This document shows, in pieces, positions 9,545-17,687 of a DNA stretch of 64,000 bases. Location: the IMG/VR virus record IMGVR_UViG_3300050343_000215, positions 32,001 to 96,000 of that record, one strand, 5' to 3'. Position 1 is the stretch's first letter, and every line of letters starts with the position of its first letter. Both the position numbers and the translations under genes were made by a program. Source of the stretch: a virus. The notes beneath the pieces were generated by a model that was not told the DNA's origin, searched no databases, and saw nothing but the letters and a program-made list of their open reading frames with translations.

Positions 9545-10137
9545 TGGTGATCTAATACTTTTTCCTTTAACGTATGCTTATATTTAACAGTATCCACAGT
9601 TATGAATGAGGAATACTTTATGACGGTTCTCCTTACATCACTCCAGACTATAGTCTCAGTAATCTTATTATCAAACTGTGGTATGAAATTTAAAATTTGA
9701 TTTAAAATAACAAAAGTTTCCATGGAAATTTGTTTTCCCAAAAGAAACTTTAGTAATGGTGGGTGAGTCTCTATGATCTTGAATAGTTGATCAAACTCAT
9801 TTACCTGTTGTAATAAAAAATCTACATCCTCACTAAAGTTATAGTGAAGACTCTCCATACGTTTCTTCCATGCTCTGTAATTGTCATCACCATCTGTTCT
9901 GACCATCTTACCAATCCATCCAGATGAATCAGCAATAAAATTTGCTACAAAGTATGGAAGAATTTCTGCATCCTTCTTACGATTCGTAAGTTTTTTAAAG
10001 AAGTAACGATCTTTTCTTTTTTCAAAGTTAGTCTCTGTTACTCTAGTTTTACCATTGAATTTAAAGTAATCATAACTGTCGGTAGTGAAGTGTAACTTCA
10101 GTGCGACATACATTTTATAGGATTCAAAAGCGGTCAT
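9520..10137 (-). CDS. gp59: Helicase loader gp59
   Basis: FESYKMYVALKLHFTTDSYDYFKFNGK..RKDRYFF. Confidence 0.85.
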   Translation of the reverse strand: MTAFESYKMYVALKLHFTTDSYDYFKFNGKTRVTETNFEKRKDRYFFKKLTNRKKDAEILPYFVANFIADSSGWIGKMVRTDGDDNYRAWKKRMESLHYNFSEDVDFLLQQVNEFDQLFKIIETHPPLLKFLLGKQISMETFVILNQILNFIPQFDNKITETIVWSDVRRTVIKYSSFITVDTVKYKHTLKEKVLDHQCLSLIQK

Positions 10138-10140
10138 TTT

Positions 10141-10899
10141 TTAGTTCTGTTCTTGCCACCAATCTATTAAATCAGCGTCATTAATCATAGGATCATAATC
10201 AAGAGCATTCCGCCCAGTTCTTCTTTTATAATCTATAAACGTAGTAACAGCATACCTTCCATTACCACTATAATAGTCATCACTATCAATTTTTACAGTG
10301 CGAACACCATGCGCTGCATAAGGTGGAATAATAATCATGGTGTTATTATTACATGGAAATTCATAATTATCAAAATGCTCAAAGAATAATTCACCACCAG
10401 TAAACTTCTTCGGTTCTTTATAAAGATATGTGAAAAGTATGTATGCAAATGGTGCATCAGTATGCGTTTCATACCCCTCATTGTTATGATAATACCTAAG
10501 TTTCGTGAAGGTATCAGTAGGAGCAGGAATACTACGCACACTGTAGTGCGATTGTTTCCATTCTCGTAAATATGGTTTCAACCTATTAAGAAGAATAGTC
10601 TCTATAGTTAATATTCCTGACAGATTTCTTGCCTTACCAGTAAATGTTGGTGTCAAAGGAATTGCAAGCGCACTGGTCAATGGCACCCCACCGCGATTGC
10701 TTTGCAACGCTGGATTGAAATTCTGAGGTTGTCCAGGAGTAGGTTTCTTTTCGGCAGCACCATAATCCTTCGGCAACATTAATTTTCCTGGTTTGGTGAA
10801 AAAATTAAGTTCTTCCCAGATAAGTTCTAATTCATGATCTTCATATACTTCCTCAACAATTACATGTGGGAAGGGTTCCGTCAAAATTTTAACTTTCAT
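10141..10899 (-). CDS. 2OG-Fe(II) oxygenase
   Basis: YETHTD..KKFTGGELFF..HGV..GRY. Confidence 0.85.
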   Translation of the reverse strand: MKVKILTEPFPHVIVEEVYEDHELELIWEELNFFTKPGKLMLPKDYGAAEKKPTPGQPQNFNPALQSNRGGVPLTSALAIPLTPTFTGKARNLSGILTIETILLNRLKPYLREWKQSHYSVRSIPAPTDTFTKLRYYHNNEGYETHTDAPFAYILFTYLYKEPKKFTGGELFFEHFDNYEFPCNNNTMIIIPPYAAHGVRTVKIDSDDYYSGNGRYAVTTFIDYKRRTGRNALDYDPMINDADLIDWWQEQN

Positions 10900-11159
10900 A
10901 AAATAAGTCGTGCCTTTGATGATCTTTTCATAAAGTTAAGACGTTGAGCATCAAACTTTAGTTTTTCTTTCAGTGGTTTAGAAATTAATTTTGATACTGT
11001 TTCAATCTCAATGTTGTTTTCAGCGCAATAGTGGATTACACATTCAATGTAATTCATTGTACCATTACTAATCTTCTTCAGATTCTCAATTTCCATGGAG
11101 AATTTTGAAGCAGTCATGAATTTCTTTTCAAGAATGTCATTAAGGTTTTCCTCAGACAT
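10896..11159 (-). CDS. gp33: Late transcription co-activator gp33
   Basis: YIECVIHYCAENNIEIETVSKLISKPLKEKLKFDAQRLNF. Confidence 0.85.
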   Translation of the reverse strand: MSEENLNDILEKKFMTASKFSMEIENLKKISNGTMNYIECVIHYCAENNIEIETVSKLISKPLKEKLKFDAQRLNFMKRSSKARLIL

Positions 11160-11844
11160 TAGCAAACTTTTCCCCCTTATGATAGTTAACAAACTCATTA
11201 ATGTACTGCTCCAATAGTTTCATATAGTACATTTTATCATACTTTTCAAACAATTGCACCTCCCCATCTTCACATGCTTGAATAATTACAAGTTTTTCTA
11301 CTTCAATGCCTGTGAGATCGTAATATAAAGCACCATAAGCAGCACATTGAACAAAATAATGCTCAATCCACTTCTCAGGTTTTTGTTTCCGTGAAGTTTT
11401 GAAGTCTACAATTGCCAGCTCACCTTTATATTCTGCGATACAATCAACGCGACCTGCGAGACCGAAATACTCACTATAGAGGGGAGCTTCTAGAGCGTGT
11501 ATATTATTTATGTCACTGAAATAAGGAAGGGAATTCTGAAACAATTGATATGGTTTACTGATCTGTTCCATAAGATCTTTTGGTTTAACCTCAAGATTAT
11601 TGAAATGATCCTCCGCATATGCATGATACTTAGTACCACGAGTTGTACCTTGTTTAGAGATACGATCTGCTTCAACAGCACCAACACGTTTACGCCATTC
11701 TGCAATACTCTTGCGAGATTTCAATGATGTGATAGACGTGATTGATGGTAGTTTCCTACCACTAGGAGTACAATAATAACGTACTCCATTTATCGTAGTA
11801 GGATCAGGGAGTTCACTTAAAGAATTACCAACATGATTAAACAT
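11152..11844 (-). CDS. PD-(D/E)XK exonuclease
   Basis: RGTKYH..AGRVDCIAEY..IVDFKTS..YFVQCAAY. Confidence 0.85.
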   Translation of the reverse strand: MFNHVGNSLSELPDPTTINGVRYYCTPSGRKLPSITSITSLKSRKSIAEWRKRVGAVEADRISKQGTTRGTKYHAYAEDHFNNLEVKPKDLMEQISKPYQLFQNSLPYFSDINNIHALEAPLYSEYFGLAGRVDCIAEYKGELAIVDFKTSRKQKPEKWIEHYFVQCAAYGALYYDLTGIEVEKLVIIQACEDGEVQLFEKYDKMYYMKLLEQYINEFVNYHKGEKFANV

Positions 11845-11845
11845 A

Positions 11846-12601
11846 CTAAAGACCGAGATTCATTTTACTTACAAGGTAGGACTTCACTAGTCCAGAACGG
11901 ACAATATCATCAATGCCAAACTCAATAGAACTAAACTCTTCCATGTCCTCTAGGATCTTCATGAAATCAATAATACCATTTTTCTCATGTTGTTTGACTA
12001 GATCAGTCTGAACTACGTCACCACAGAACATAATCTTAGAGTTCTCACCAACACGAGTGATGATACTATCAAGTTCATGGAAGTTCAGGTTCTGTGCTTC
12101 ATCAATCAGAAGGATAGCATTATCAAACGTAGTGCCACGAATGAATGATGTAGACCAGAACGACACAGTTCCCTGTGATTTTAAGTTAGTGTATAAGAGA
12201 TCAAATGAATTATCATCTGGCATTTTGAACATGTACTTCACCATGTTCTTGTATGGAATCTGGTAGAGCGAAGATTTATCTTCGTGGTCTCCAGGAAGAA
12301 AACCAATTTCTCTAGTTGCTACCAAAGAACGAACGATGTAGATCTTCTCATAGGGAGAGTTCTCATCCAGGACATCTTTAAGCGCAAGATATAATGCGAT
12401 GAAAGTTTTACCTGTTCCAGCAGCACCATAAGCAAAAATATTCTGATCCTTACTCCAATCATTAAAAAACTTTTCCTGATTTTCAGTGAGTGGTTCAATA
12501 GTTTTGAGATAATCACTATTAATGGGCTTCTTTCGCTTCATCTGTTTGGTGGACATACCACCAGTTACTGGGTTAGATGATGTGTGTCTTTTTCTAGGCA
12601 T
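11846..12601 (-). CDS. phoH: PhoH family ATPase
   Basis: GAAGTGKT..GFLPG..RGTTF..DEAQN..GDVVQTDL. Confidence 0.95.
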   Translation of the reverse strand: MPRKRHTSSNPVTGGMSTKQMKRKKPINSDYLKTIEPLTENQEKFFNDWSKDQNIFAYGAAGTGKTFIALYLALKDVLDENSPYEKIYIVRSLVATREIGFLPGDHEDKSSLYQIPYKNMVKYMFKMPDDNSFDLLYTNLKSQGTVSFWSTSFIRGTTFDNAILLIDEAQNLNFHELDSIITRVGENSKIMFCGDVVQTDLVKQHEKNGIIDFMKILEDMEEFSSIEFGIDDIVRSGLVKSYLVSKMNLGL

Positions 12602-12613
12602 TTAATTCTTTAA

Positions 12614-12847
12614 TCAAGTATAACGGGAGAGGTTTGCGTTGGGGTGTCGCTTTTGCACTTTCTGCATTACTTCCTTGAACCCAGCAGATTGTTTAGGTTC
12701 CCCATATATTGTACCACCAAATGACGCTTGTGACCAGTCCTTGTCCCATTGAGGGTTATCCTTTCGCCACTGTTCATACTCAGAGATTGACATCTTGAGT
12801 TCTAGAGTGTCTCCGTTTTTCAAGTTTTTGACGTTGTATGTCGGCAT
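12614..12847 (-). CDS. Hypothetical protein (FmdB-like N-terminus)
   Basis: MPTYNVKN..77 aa. Confidence 0.65.
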   Translation of the reverse strand: MPTYNVKNLKNGDTLELKMSISEYEQWRKDNPQWDKDWSQASFGGTIYGEPKQSAGFKEVMQKVQKRHPNANLSRYT

Positions 12848-12874
12848 GTTTTTGCTCTCAGTTAAGTATCTATA

Positions 12875-13402
12875 TCAAACCCAGTCTGGTTTGCGGGATG
12901 GGTCACGAAGATAATTAGATGCAACCCAAGGTTTGCTGCTAATGTACATTTTGTAAGCAGTAATAGTATCAATGCTTGTGTCAAATTTAAACTCATCGGG
13001 CATAGCACGAACAAAGGGCGTTGTATGCTTCCCTGAGCGTCCTTGAGGATCAGCAGTAGGAAGTATATCTTTTGCTGCTAGAAGGGTCTTCTGGCAGGTG
13101 TGGACCTTACCGTAGCGAGCAGTATACTCATCACACATAGCAAGACCATGTGCAAGTAACCACTGCCAGTTAGTTACGAACTCATTCGCCCAGATAGTAC
13201 AGGGGTGATTACGAAAAGCACCCTTCTCAGTAGCATAAGGAGTACCGTCTGCTTTGGGAAGAGTGCCGAAGTTATGTCCCCATTTGTCCGAGCATACAAT
13301 AGCAAGCATCTGGCAAGTCTCTAGGGGCATCTTGACAATGTGCTTGTCAGGGAGAACCACAGCAGACTTATATGGACTAGGATCAGTTACAAAGATGTTC
13401 AT
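12875..13402 (-). CDS. Pyrimidine-dimer DNA glycosylase-like protein
   Basis: MNIFVTD..DKHIVKMPLETCQML..NHPCTIW..EYTARYGKVH. Confidence 0.7.
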   Translation of the reverse strand: MNIFVTDPSPYKSAVVLPDKHIVKMPLETCQMLAIVCSDKWGHNFGTLPKADGTPYATEKGAFRNHPCTIWANEFVTNWQWLLAHGLAMCDEYTARYGKVHTCQKTLLAAKDILPTADPQGRSGKHTTPFVRAMPDEFKFDTSIDTITAYKMYISSKPWVASNYLRDPSRKPDWV

Positions 13403-13608
13403 ATCAATTTAGATAACGAGATGAAGAGCAGGAATGCTAACATTATAACCACATCCCAGGATTTTGTCTTTATAAAGTAAGGAACTGAAATAAGATCCGC
13501 AATGAAGTGTGCGCCCACACCAACTAATACATTTACATGAAGGACGATGAAGTAGGCAACAATGACGAGAGCACTACCTATGATCCTTAAACGAACTACA
13601 TTTACCAT
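13399..13608 (-). CDS. Small membrane protein
   Basis: 69-aa hydrophobic ORF. Confidence 0.65.
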   Translation of the reverse strand: MVNVVRLRIIGSALVIVAYFIVLHVNVLVGVGAHFIADLISVPYFIKTKSWDVVIMLAFLLFISLSKLI

Positions 13609-14234
13609 TCAAGTGCTTCTGATACTGCAGGGAACTGTTCTTTGAAAACGTCACGAACACCTTCAGCAACAATCATATGTTCCTTCTGAGTGCCATGAGC
13701 GGACCTTAGATCAATATAATGTACCCATGACCGAACTGAGCCTGTCATGTAGATTTTTGTGGGCGTACAGAGTGGAAGCACATTTCTTGCACATTCCTTT
13801 GCCACACCTCGCTCTAGCATTTGTTGATACAATGCCATTGCCGAATCAAATAATGTCGTCATTTGGATTTCCATATTCTGGACATCAAATGCATCCAGAT
13901 CATCAATGGAATTCTGACGATTCTTGGTGTCCTGCCTACGGAGTTCTGGTAGGGGGATCTTCGGACCCAGTAAGGAACTATCAGCATAACGTTGGGAAAA
14001 TTCTTGGAATGTAAATGAACGGTGCCTCAGGATCTGAGCTGCGATTGCCCTAGTCGTTTCAATTTCAACAGTCATGTATGCCTGCTCAAAGATACTCCAG
14101 TGTTGATGCTTAATACAATACTTCAGAAGACCACTGAACTTCTCATTATCCTGGTTATTGGGGTTAGACACACGAGCACAGTATGCCATGTGTTTTTCGG
14201 CATCTGGGGTAACAGAGACAATCTTAACAGTCAT
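13602..14234 (-). CDS. thyX: Flavin-dependent thymidylate synthase
   Basis: HWSIFEQA..QILRHRSFTFQEFSQRY..ECARNVLP. Confidence 0.95.
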   Translation of the reverse strand: MTVKIVSVTPDAEKHMAYCARVSNPNNQDNEKFSGLLKYCIKHQHWSIFEQAYMTVEIETTRAIAAQILRHRSFTFQEFSQRYADSSLLGPKIPLPELRRQDTKNRQNSIDDLDAFDVQNMEIQMTTLFDSAMALYQQMLERGVAKECARNVLPLCTPTKIYMTGSVRSWVHYIDLRSAHGTQKEHMIVAEGVRDVFKEQFPAVSEALEW

Positions 14235-14258
14235 TCTACGATGAAACAATATGGAGTT

Positions 14259-14287
14259 ATTTTAGCAATAAAAAAGGAGGGCGTCAA
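14259..14287 (-). promoter_or_regulatory. Sigma70-type promoter of thyX
   Basis: TTGACG-17-TAAAAT with extended TG. Confidence 0.75.
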
Positions 14288-14786
14288 GGGGGGTCAGTCA
14301 GAAATGATTCTACTTCATCGCAATCAAGAACATAGAATTGAGATGATTTGATTCCTCTGTTCAACATCTGCATGATCCTATGCTTACCATCAATCATTCT
14401 ATACCTGTTCCCATATGGATTAGGAGCACCTTCTACAATTATTCCTGGAATTGTTATGTCTGCATTAAGATATCTTAATGATGGTCTTTCTTCACAACAG
14501 AAACAATTCTCTCCAGTGTTATGTGGATGATGATGCTTCCCTAACCAAGCGATGTTGTGTAGTTCTACAGTTTGTATGTTGTCATGGGTAAGTAAATGAT
14601 AAATGTCTTTCATGCGAATGAAATGAAGTGTTCCTAGTTCTTCATTGGGTTTTGCCCACTCCCAATTACCTGTTGCTACGGTATACCATGCTTTATGACG
14701 CCTCCTTCCAGGAAATGGTTCTGGTGGTAATGTCAATTGTTCCTCATAGTTTTTTGCATCATAGCATAAAAAAGGAGGGCGTCAAG
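14268..14786. repeat. 21-bp direct repeat flanking the ParB-like gene
   Basis: ATAAAAAAGGAGGGCGTCAAG at 14268-14288 and 14766-14786. Confidence 0.9.
14284..14736 (-). CDS. ParB/Srx N-terminal-domain protein
   Basis: PGIIV..RYRMIDGKHR; true start may be the ATG at 14747 if one base is missing. Confidence 0.65.
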   Translation of the reverse strand: MTLPPEPFPGRRRHKAWYTVATGNWEWAKPNEELGTLHFIRMKDIYHLLTHDNIQTVELHNIAWLGKHHHPHNTGENCFCCEERPSLRYLNADITIPGIIVEGAPNPYGNRYRMIDGKHRIMQMLNRGIKSSQFYVLDCDEVESFLTDPP

Positions 14787-14792
14787 CCCTCC
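14757..14792 (-). terminator. Terminator whose loop carries a -35 box (TTGACG-16-TATGAT)
   Basis: GGAGGGC-TTGAC-GCCCTCC-TTTTTT. Confidence 0.75.
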
Positions 14793-14800
14793 TCCACAAA

Positions 14801-14953
14801 TCAATCTGGATAACCGTCATCGTCATCCCCTACTTTATAATTATCTGTACTTTTATACAGATCTATATCGGAATATATTTCGCTTTCCAACGCATCTACA
14901 AGTAACTTTAAATTCGTAAGTATTAACTTTAGCCTATCCCTATCTACCTGCAT
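14801..14953 (-). CDS. Small hypothetical protein
   Basis: Manual: MQVDRDRLKLILTNLKLLVDALESEIYSD...GYPD (50 aa). Confidence 0.7.
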   Translation of the reverse strand: MQVDRDRLKLILTNLKLLVDALESEIYSDIDLYKSTDNYKVGDDDDGYPD

Positions 14954-14965
14954 GAAACCTCCATA

Positions 14966-15003
14966 ATAAAAAAAGGAGGGTTACCCCCTCCCGATTATTT
15001 ATA
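14966..15003 (-). terminator. Intrinsic terminator preceded by a TATAAATA late promoter
   Basis: GGAGGG/CCCTCC stem plus T-run; TATAAATA at 15003-14996. Confidence 0.7.
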
Positions 15004-15014
15004 CTACTGTAATA

Positions 15015-15182
15015 TCACTTACTGTAGGTGCGTCCACGATAACAAAATGTACCATGGGTTTGCTTACTCTCTACACAACGTGTATCATACTCAACACCAC
15101 GATATGAGGTGTGAAGAACTTGTGCGTCGTGAAGTGCAGATACTTTATTGATCTGCTTCTTGATCATGTTTAGCGTGTTCAT
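15015..15182 (-). CDS. DUF4278-family peptide
   Basis: Manual: MNTLNMIKKQ..TSYRGVEYD..TFCYRGRTYSK (YRG motif twice); AGGAG SD. Confidence 0.75.
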   Translation of the reverse strand: MNTLNMIKKQINKVSALHDAQVLHTSYRGVEYDTRCVESKQTHGTFCYRGRTYSK

Positions 15183-15217
15183 TTAATTTACTCCTGAAAG
15201 TTAGGGTTTTTAATTCC

Positions 15218-15401
15218 CCGTTCCTTCAGTCGTGTGCGTCCCATGGATAACATTCAGGGGTTGATTCCTTCATGACCTCAATCAATTCCACCTTATATTC
15301 GGGAGGAATATTCTCATTTGTTCTCATCCGAATCATAATTGAATCGGCTTGAGCACAGCTGAGAGTTGAATAGAATAGTAATTCTAACATGGGATGAACG
15401 G
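15218..15401 (-). ncRNA. Glutamine-II (Downstream-peptide)-like aptamer 2 with ORF-sized loop
   Basis: CCGTTC/GAACGG outer stem; TCCCATG/CATGGGA inner stem; 3' GACGCACACGACTGAAGGAACGG. Confidence 0.6.
15226..15390 (-). CDS. 54-aa ORF nested in aptamer 2
   Basis: Manual: MLELLFYSTLSCAQADSIMIRMRTNENIPPEYKVELIEVMKESTPECYPWDAHD. Confidence 0.7.
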   Translation of the reverse strand: MLELLFYSTLSCAQADSIMIRMRTNENIPPEYKVELIEVMKESTPECYPWDAHD

Positions 15402-15403
15402 CT

Positions 15404-15447
15404 CCGTTCCGCGACTTACTTGCGTCCTCCTTACGGGGGATGAACGA
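15404..15447 (-). ncRNA. Glutamine-II-like aptamer 1
   Basis: CGTTCA-TCCCCC-GTAA-GGAGGA-CGCAAGTAAGTCGC-GGAACG. Confidence 0.55.
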
Positions 15448-15454
15448 TGGTAAC

Positions 15455-15500
15455 AGTGTACATTACTATTTAGTATATGTCAACTGTATAATGCAATACA
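15455..15500 (-). promoter_or_regulatory. Sigma70 promoter with embedded late promoter and upstream NtcA-like box
   Basis: TTGACA-17-TACACT; CTAAATA in the spacer; TGTA-N8-TACA at 15485-15500. Confidence 0.75.
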
Positions 15501-15502
15501 CT

Positions 15503-15700
15503 TTAATATTTTCTTAAAGTTTTAAGATGTTCTACGATGTTATCACGTACCCACATAAGTTCATGATAGCATTGTTGGTTATGAGCACACTGACGCAGTG
15601 CAGGATCTGGTTTCAATACACTCTCAATAAACAAATCTAGACCACGATTCCACTTTACTTCTTGAGATTCACTGCCATCAATAACATACTGATCTTTCAT
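15503..15700 (-). CDS. Hypothetical protein
   Basis: 65-aa ORF in a tight operon. Confidence 0.7.
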   Translation of the reverse strand: MKDQYVIDGSESQEVKWNRGLDLFIESVLKPDPALRQCAHNQQCYHELMWVRDNIVEHLKTLRKY

Positions 15701-15936
15701 TAAATCATTCCTCGTTCTTTCATGTGGTGAAGGGTTTCTTTGAGGTTACCGAGATGCTTAGCACCAATGGCTACCTGTGGGTATGTAGCACCAGATCCAA
15801 ATTCTGCTTCAAATGCTCTTTGAGTAAAATGTTCGTTGAGGTTATACTCAAGAAATTCTCCACCCATAGACCTAAGTAGTGAAGCAATACGCTCACATTC
15901 TTGACTACCGTTTGTGTAGATTACTGCTGTGGTCAT
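15700..15936 (-). CDS. Glutaredoxin-like protein (SQEC, single Cys)
   Basis: TYPQV..GAKHLG thioredoxin-fold motifs. Confidence 0.7.
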   Translation of the reverse strand: MTTAVIYTNGSQECERIASLLRSMGGEFLEYNLNEHFTQRAFEAEFGSGATYPQVAIGAKHLGNLKETLHHMKERGMI

Positions 15937-15939
15937 TTG

Positions 15940-16104
15940 TTATTTTTTAGCGTGATTGTATTCTATAACAATTTTTTCGTGCTTCGTATTTTTATCTGAG
16001 CAATAAAAATGTCTTACACTCTTAGCATTTAATAACTCAGCAACACTGTCTATTAAGTCTTTTGCAATAACTTTATTAGTTGCTTCTTTCCAGTCCTCAG
16101 TCAT
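15940..16104 (-). CDS. Hypothetical protein
   Basis: Manual: MTEDWKEATNKVIAKD..KIVIEYNHAKK (54 aa); fills the gap between neighbours. Confidence 0.6.
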   Translation of the reverse strand: MTEDWKEATNKVIAKDLIDSVAELLNAKSVRHFYCSDKNTKHEKIVIEYNHAKK

Positions 16105-16322
16105 TCATCATCATCCATATTTTTAATTTTTTCTTCAAGTGTATCAAAAATACTATCCATAGATGTAATGTTTTCAATTTCACTGAGCAATCCAGAAATT
16201 TGCGTACAAACAACCGGGCGTTCATTTCTAGCAGCATATGCTAGTGCATTGCGTAAATTTCCTGACGCTTCATCAAGTGAAATTTTAACCGAATTAGATA
16301 GTGCCATCAGGTCGTCCTCCAA
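16101..16322 (-). CDS. Hypothetical protein
   Basis: ORF track, operon-like packing. Confidence 0.65.
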   Translation of the reverse strand: MEDDLMALSNSVKISLDEASGNLRNALAYAARNERPVVCTQISGLLSEIENITSMDSIFDTLEEKIKNMDDDE

Positions 16323-16506
16323 TTTTGTCCCACATTTCTTGTACCATATCTACTGCTGGTGGTGTTTCATAAGGTGGTGCTGGTTGTGATTGCCACTTAT
16401 CAATTGCTTCCTGTGTAGGCACAGCAATTCTAAATGGATAATCTTCCTCTTCAAACTCCTTATTCATATCAATATATGTTTGAGGAGTGATCTTAATTTT
16501 TTTCAT
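16294..16506 (-). CDS. Hypothetical protein
   Basis: ORF track, operon-like packing. Confidence 0.65.
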   Translation of the reverse strand: MKKIKITPQTYIDMNKEFEEEDYPFRIAVPTQEAIDKWQSQPAPPYETPPAVDMVQEMWDKIGGRPDGTI

Positions 16507-16802
16507 AATGTTCTATTTAATCTAGTTTCTGCTTGGTCTGGGAAGTCTCTGGGTCTACTATCAGTAGCATTATCAGTCTTAGGAGAACCTTCATTCGCCT
16601 TCATGGTGTGTTGATAGTTAGGTCGTGGGTATCTCATATAGAATGGATCAGGCATCCAGTATGTTACCTGCCATTCTTGTTCAGGACATAGCTCAAGATG
16701 CTTCTCTACACTATGGCAGAAACTACCGAGTTGAATGTATCCATCGTGAGTGATGCATTTGTTGTCGCCATTAGCAACTAAGAACATCATCTTACTACTC
16801 AT
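16503..16802 (-). CDS. Hypothetical protein
   Basis: 99 aa, ATGA overlaps. Confidence 0.7.
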   Translation of the reverse strand: MSSKMMFLVANGDNKCITHDGYIQLGSFCHSVEKHLELCPEQEWQVTYWMPDPFYMRYPRPNYQHTMKANEGSPKTDNATDSRPRDFPDQAETRLNRTL

Positions 16803-16930
16803 AGCACTTCTTGCTCTGGGTTAAGATTCTTGACGAATTGCACAGGATCCTTTTCGGACTTATGTACCCAATGATAACGCATCATCTCAAAAATAGGATC
16901 CCATGTCGCGACACAAACATAATCAGTCAC
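16799..16930 (-). CDS. Hypothetical protein
   Basis: Probable GTG start (TDYVCVATWDP..). Confidence 0.5.
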   Translation of the reverse strand: MTDYVCVATWDPIFEMMRYHWVHKSEKDPVQFVKNLNPEQEVL

Positions 16931-17237
16931 GTTGCCTCCAGTCATCAGGTTTGTCTCGTTGGAACCAATCTTTGATGTCATCAGCACTGTTGAACCCCGT
17001 TCTATGATTGGATGGATCGGGGTCTCCTAAACCCATCCTATTCAGAAAATCGTCAGTGCTTCCTTCTTCAATGTTTTGAGAAGCTTGGCGGCGTGCTTGC
17101 TTCAACCAATCCCTAGCAAGTGTATGTGCCTTTGCTAGTTTCTCTACCCAGATCATATCATCTAATTGCACTTCCTCCTTGTTTGCAATTTTTTTACAGA
17201 TAAATTCTAGTCGTAGTCTATATTTGGTAGAAAGCAT
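16923..17237 (-). CDS. Hypothetical protein
   Basis: MLSTKYRLRLEFIC..DWFQRDKPDDWRQRD. Confidence 0.75.
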   Translation of the reverse strand: MLSTKYRLRLEFICKKIANKEEVQLDDMIWVEKLAKAHTLARDWLKQARRQASQNIEEGSTDDFLNRMGLGDPDPSNHRTGFNSADDIKDWFQRDKPDDWRQRD

Positions 17238-17242
17238 ATTGT

Positions 17243-17443
17243 TTAGTCTCTAAAATCTAGTTTGAGTTCTAAGTCTTCTAATTTAAGATATTCAGCATGT
17301 GCTTTCTCTTGACGATCACACACAATACCAAGAATATCATTCATAATAGTATCATTATCAATATAATCATCCAGATACTTATCAATTGCTTCTTTTAAGT
17401 ATCTGTATCTGTGCCATTCTGGTGAATAGGGTTTGTAATCCAT
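17243..17443 (-). CDS. Hypothetical protein
   Basis: 66-aa ORF. Confidence 0.7.
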   Translation of the reverse strand: MDYKPYSPEWHRYRYLKEAIDKYLDDYIDNDTIMNDILGIVCDRQEKAHAEYLKLEDLELKLDFRD

Positions 17444-17450
17444 AATAAAA

Positions 17451-17687
17451 TCATTTCTTTGGGATATTGTAAAGTCTAGGACTTATTCTACCTTCACATT
17501 GAGTGATGTTTTTTAAATCACTCCGATAGTTATCCCAATAATGATCAAAAATATCAACTTGTTTTGATGACATAACAACATCAAACTTTGTGATAGTATC
17601 TTGAAGATATTCAACAATGAAAGCATTAGTTGGTAGAGTTCGTTCTTCTCTCACACTGGGATCGCAATCAGAATAGATTGTCTTCAT
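17451..17687 (-). CDS. Hypothetical protein
   Basis: MKTIYSDCDP..DIFDHYWD. Confidence 0.7.
   Translation of the reverse strand: MKTIYSDCDPSVREERTLPTNAFIVEYLQDTITKFDVVMSSKQVDIFDHYWDNYRSDLKNITQCEGRISPRLYNIPKK

Noticed and set aside
11846-12660. Pho box upstream of phoH
   Set aside because: No convincing 11-bp-spaced direct repeats; phoH is embedded in an operon.
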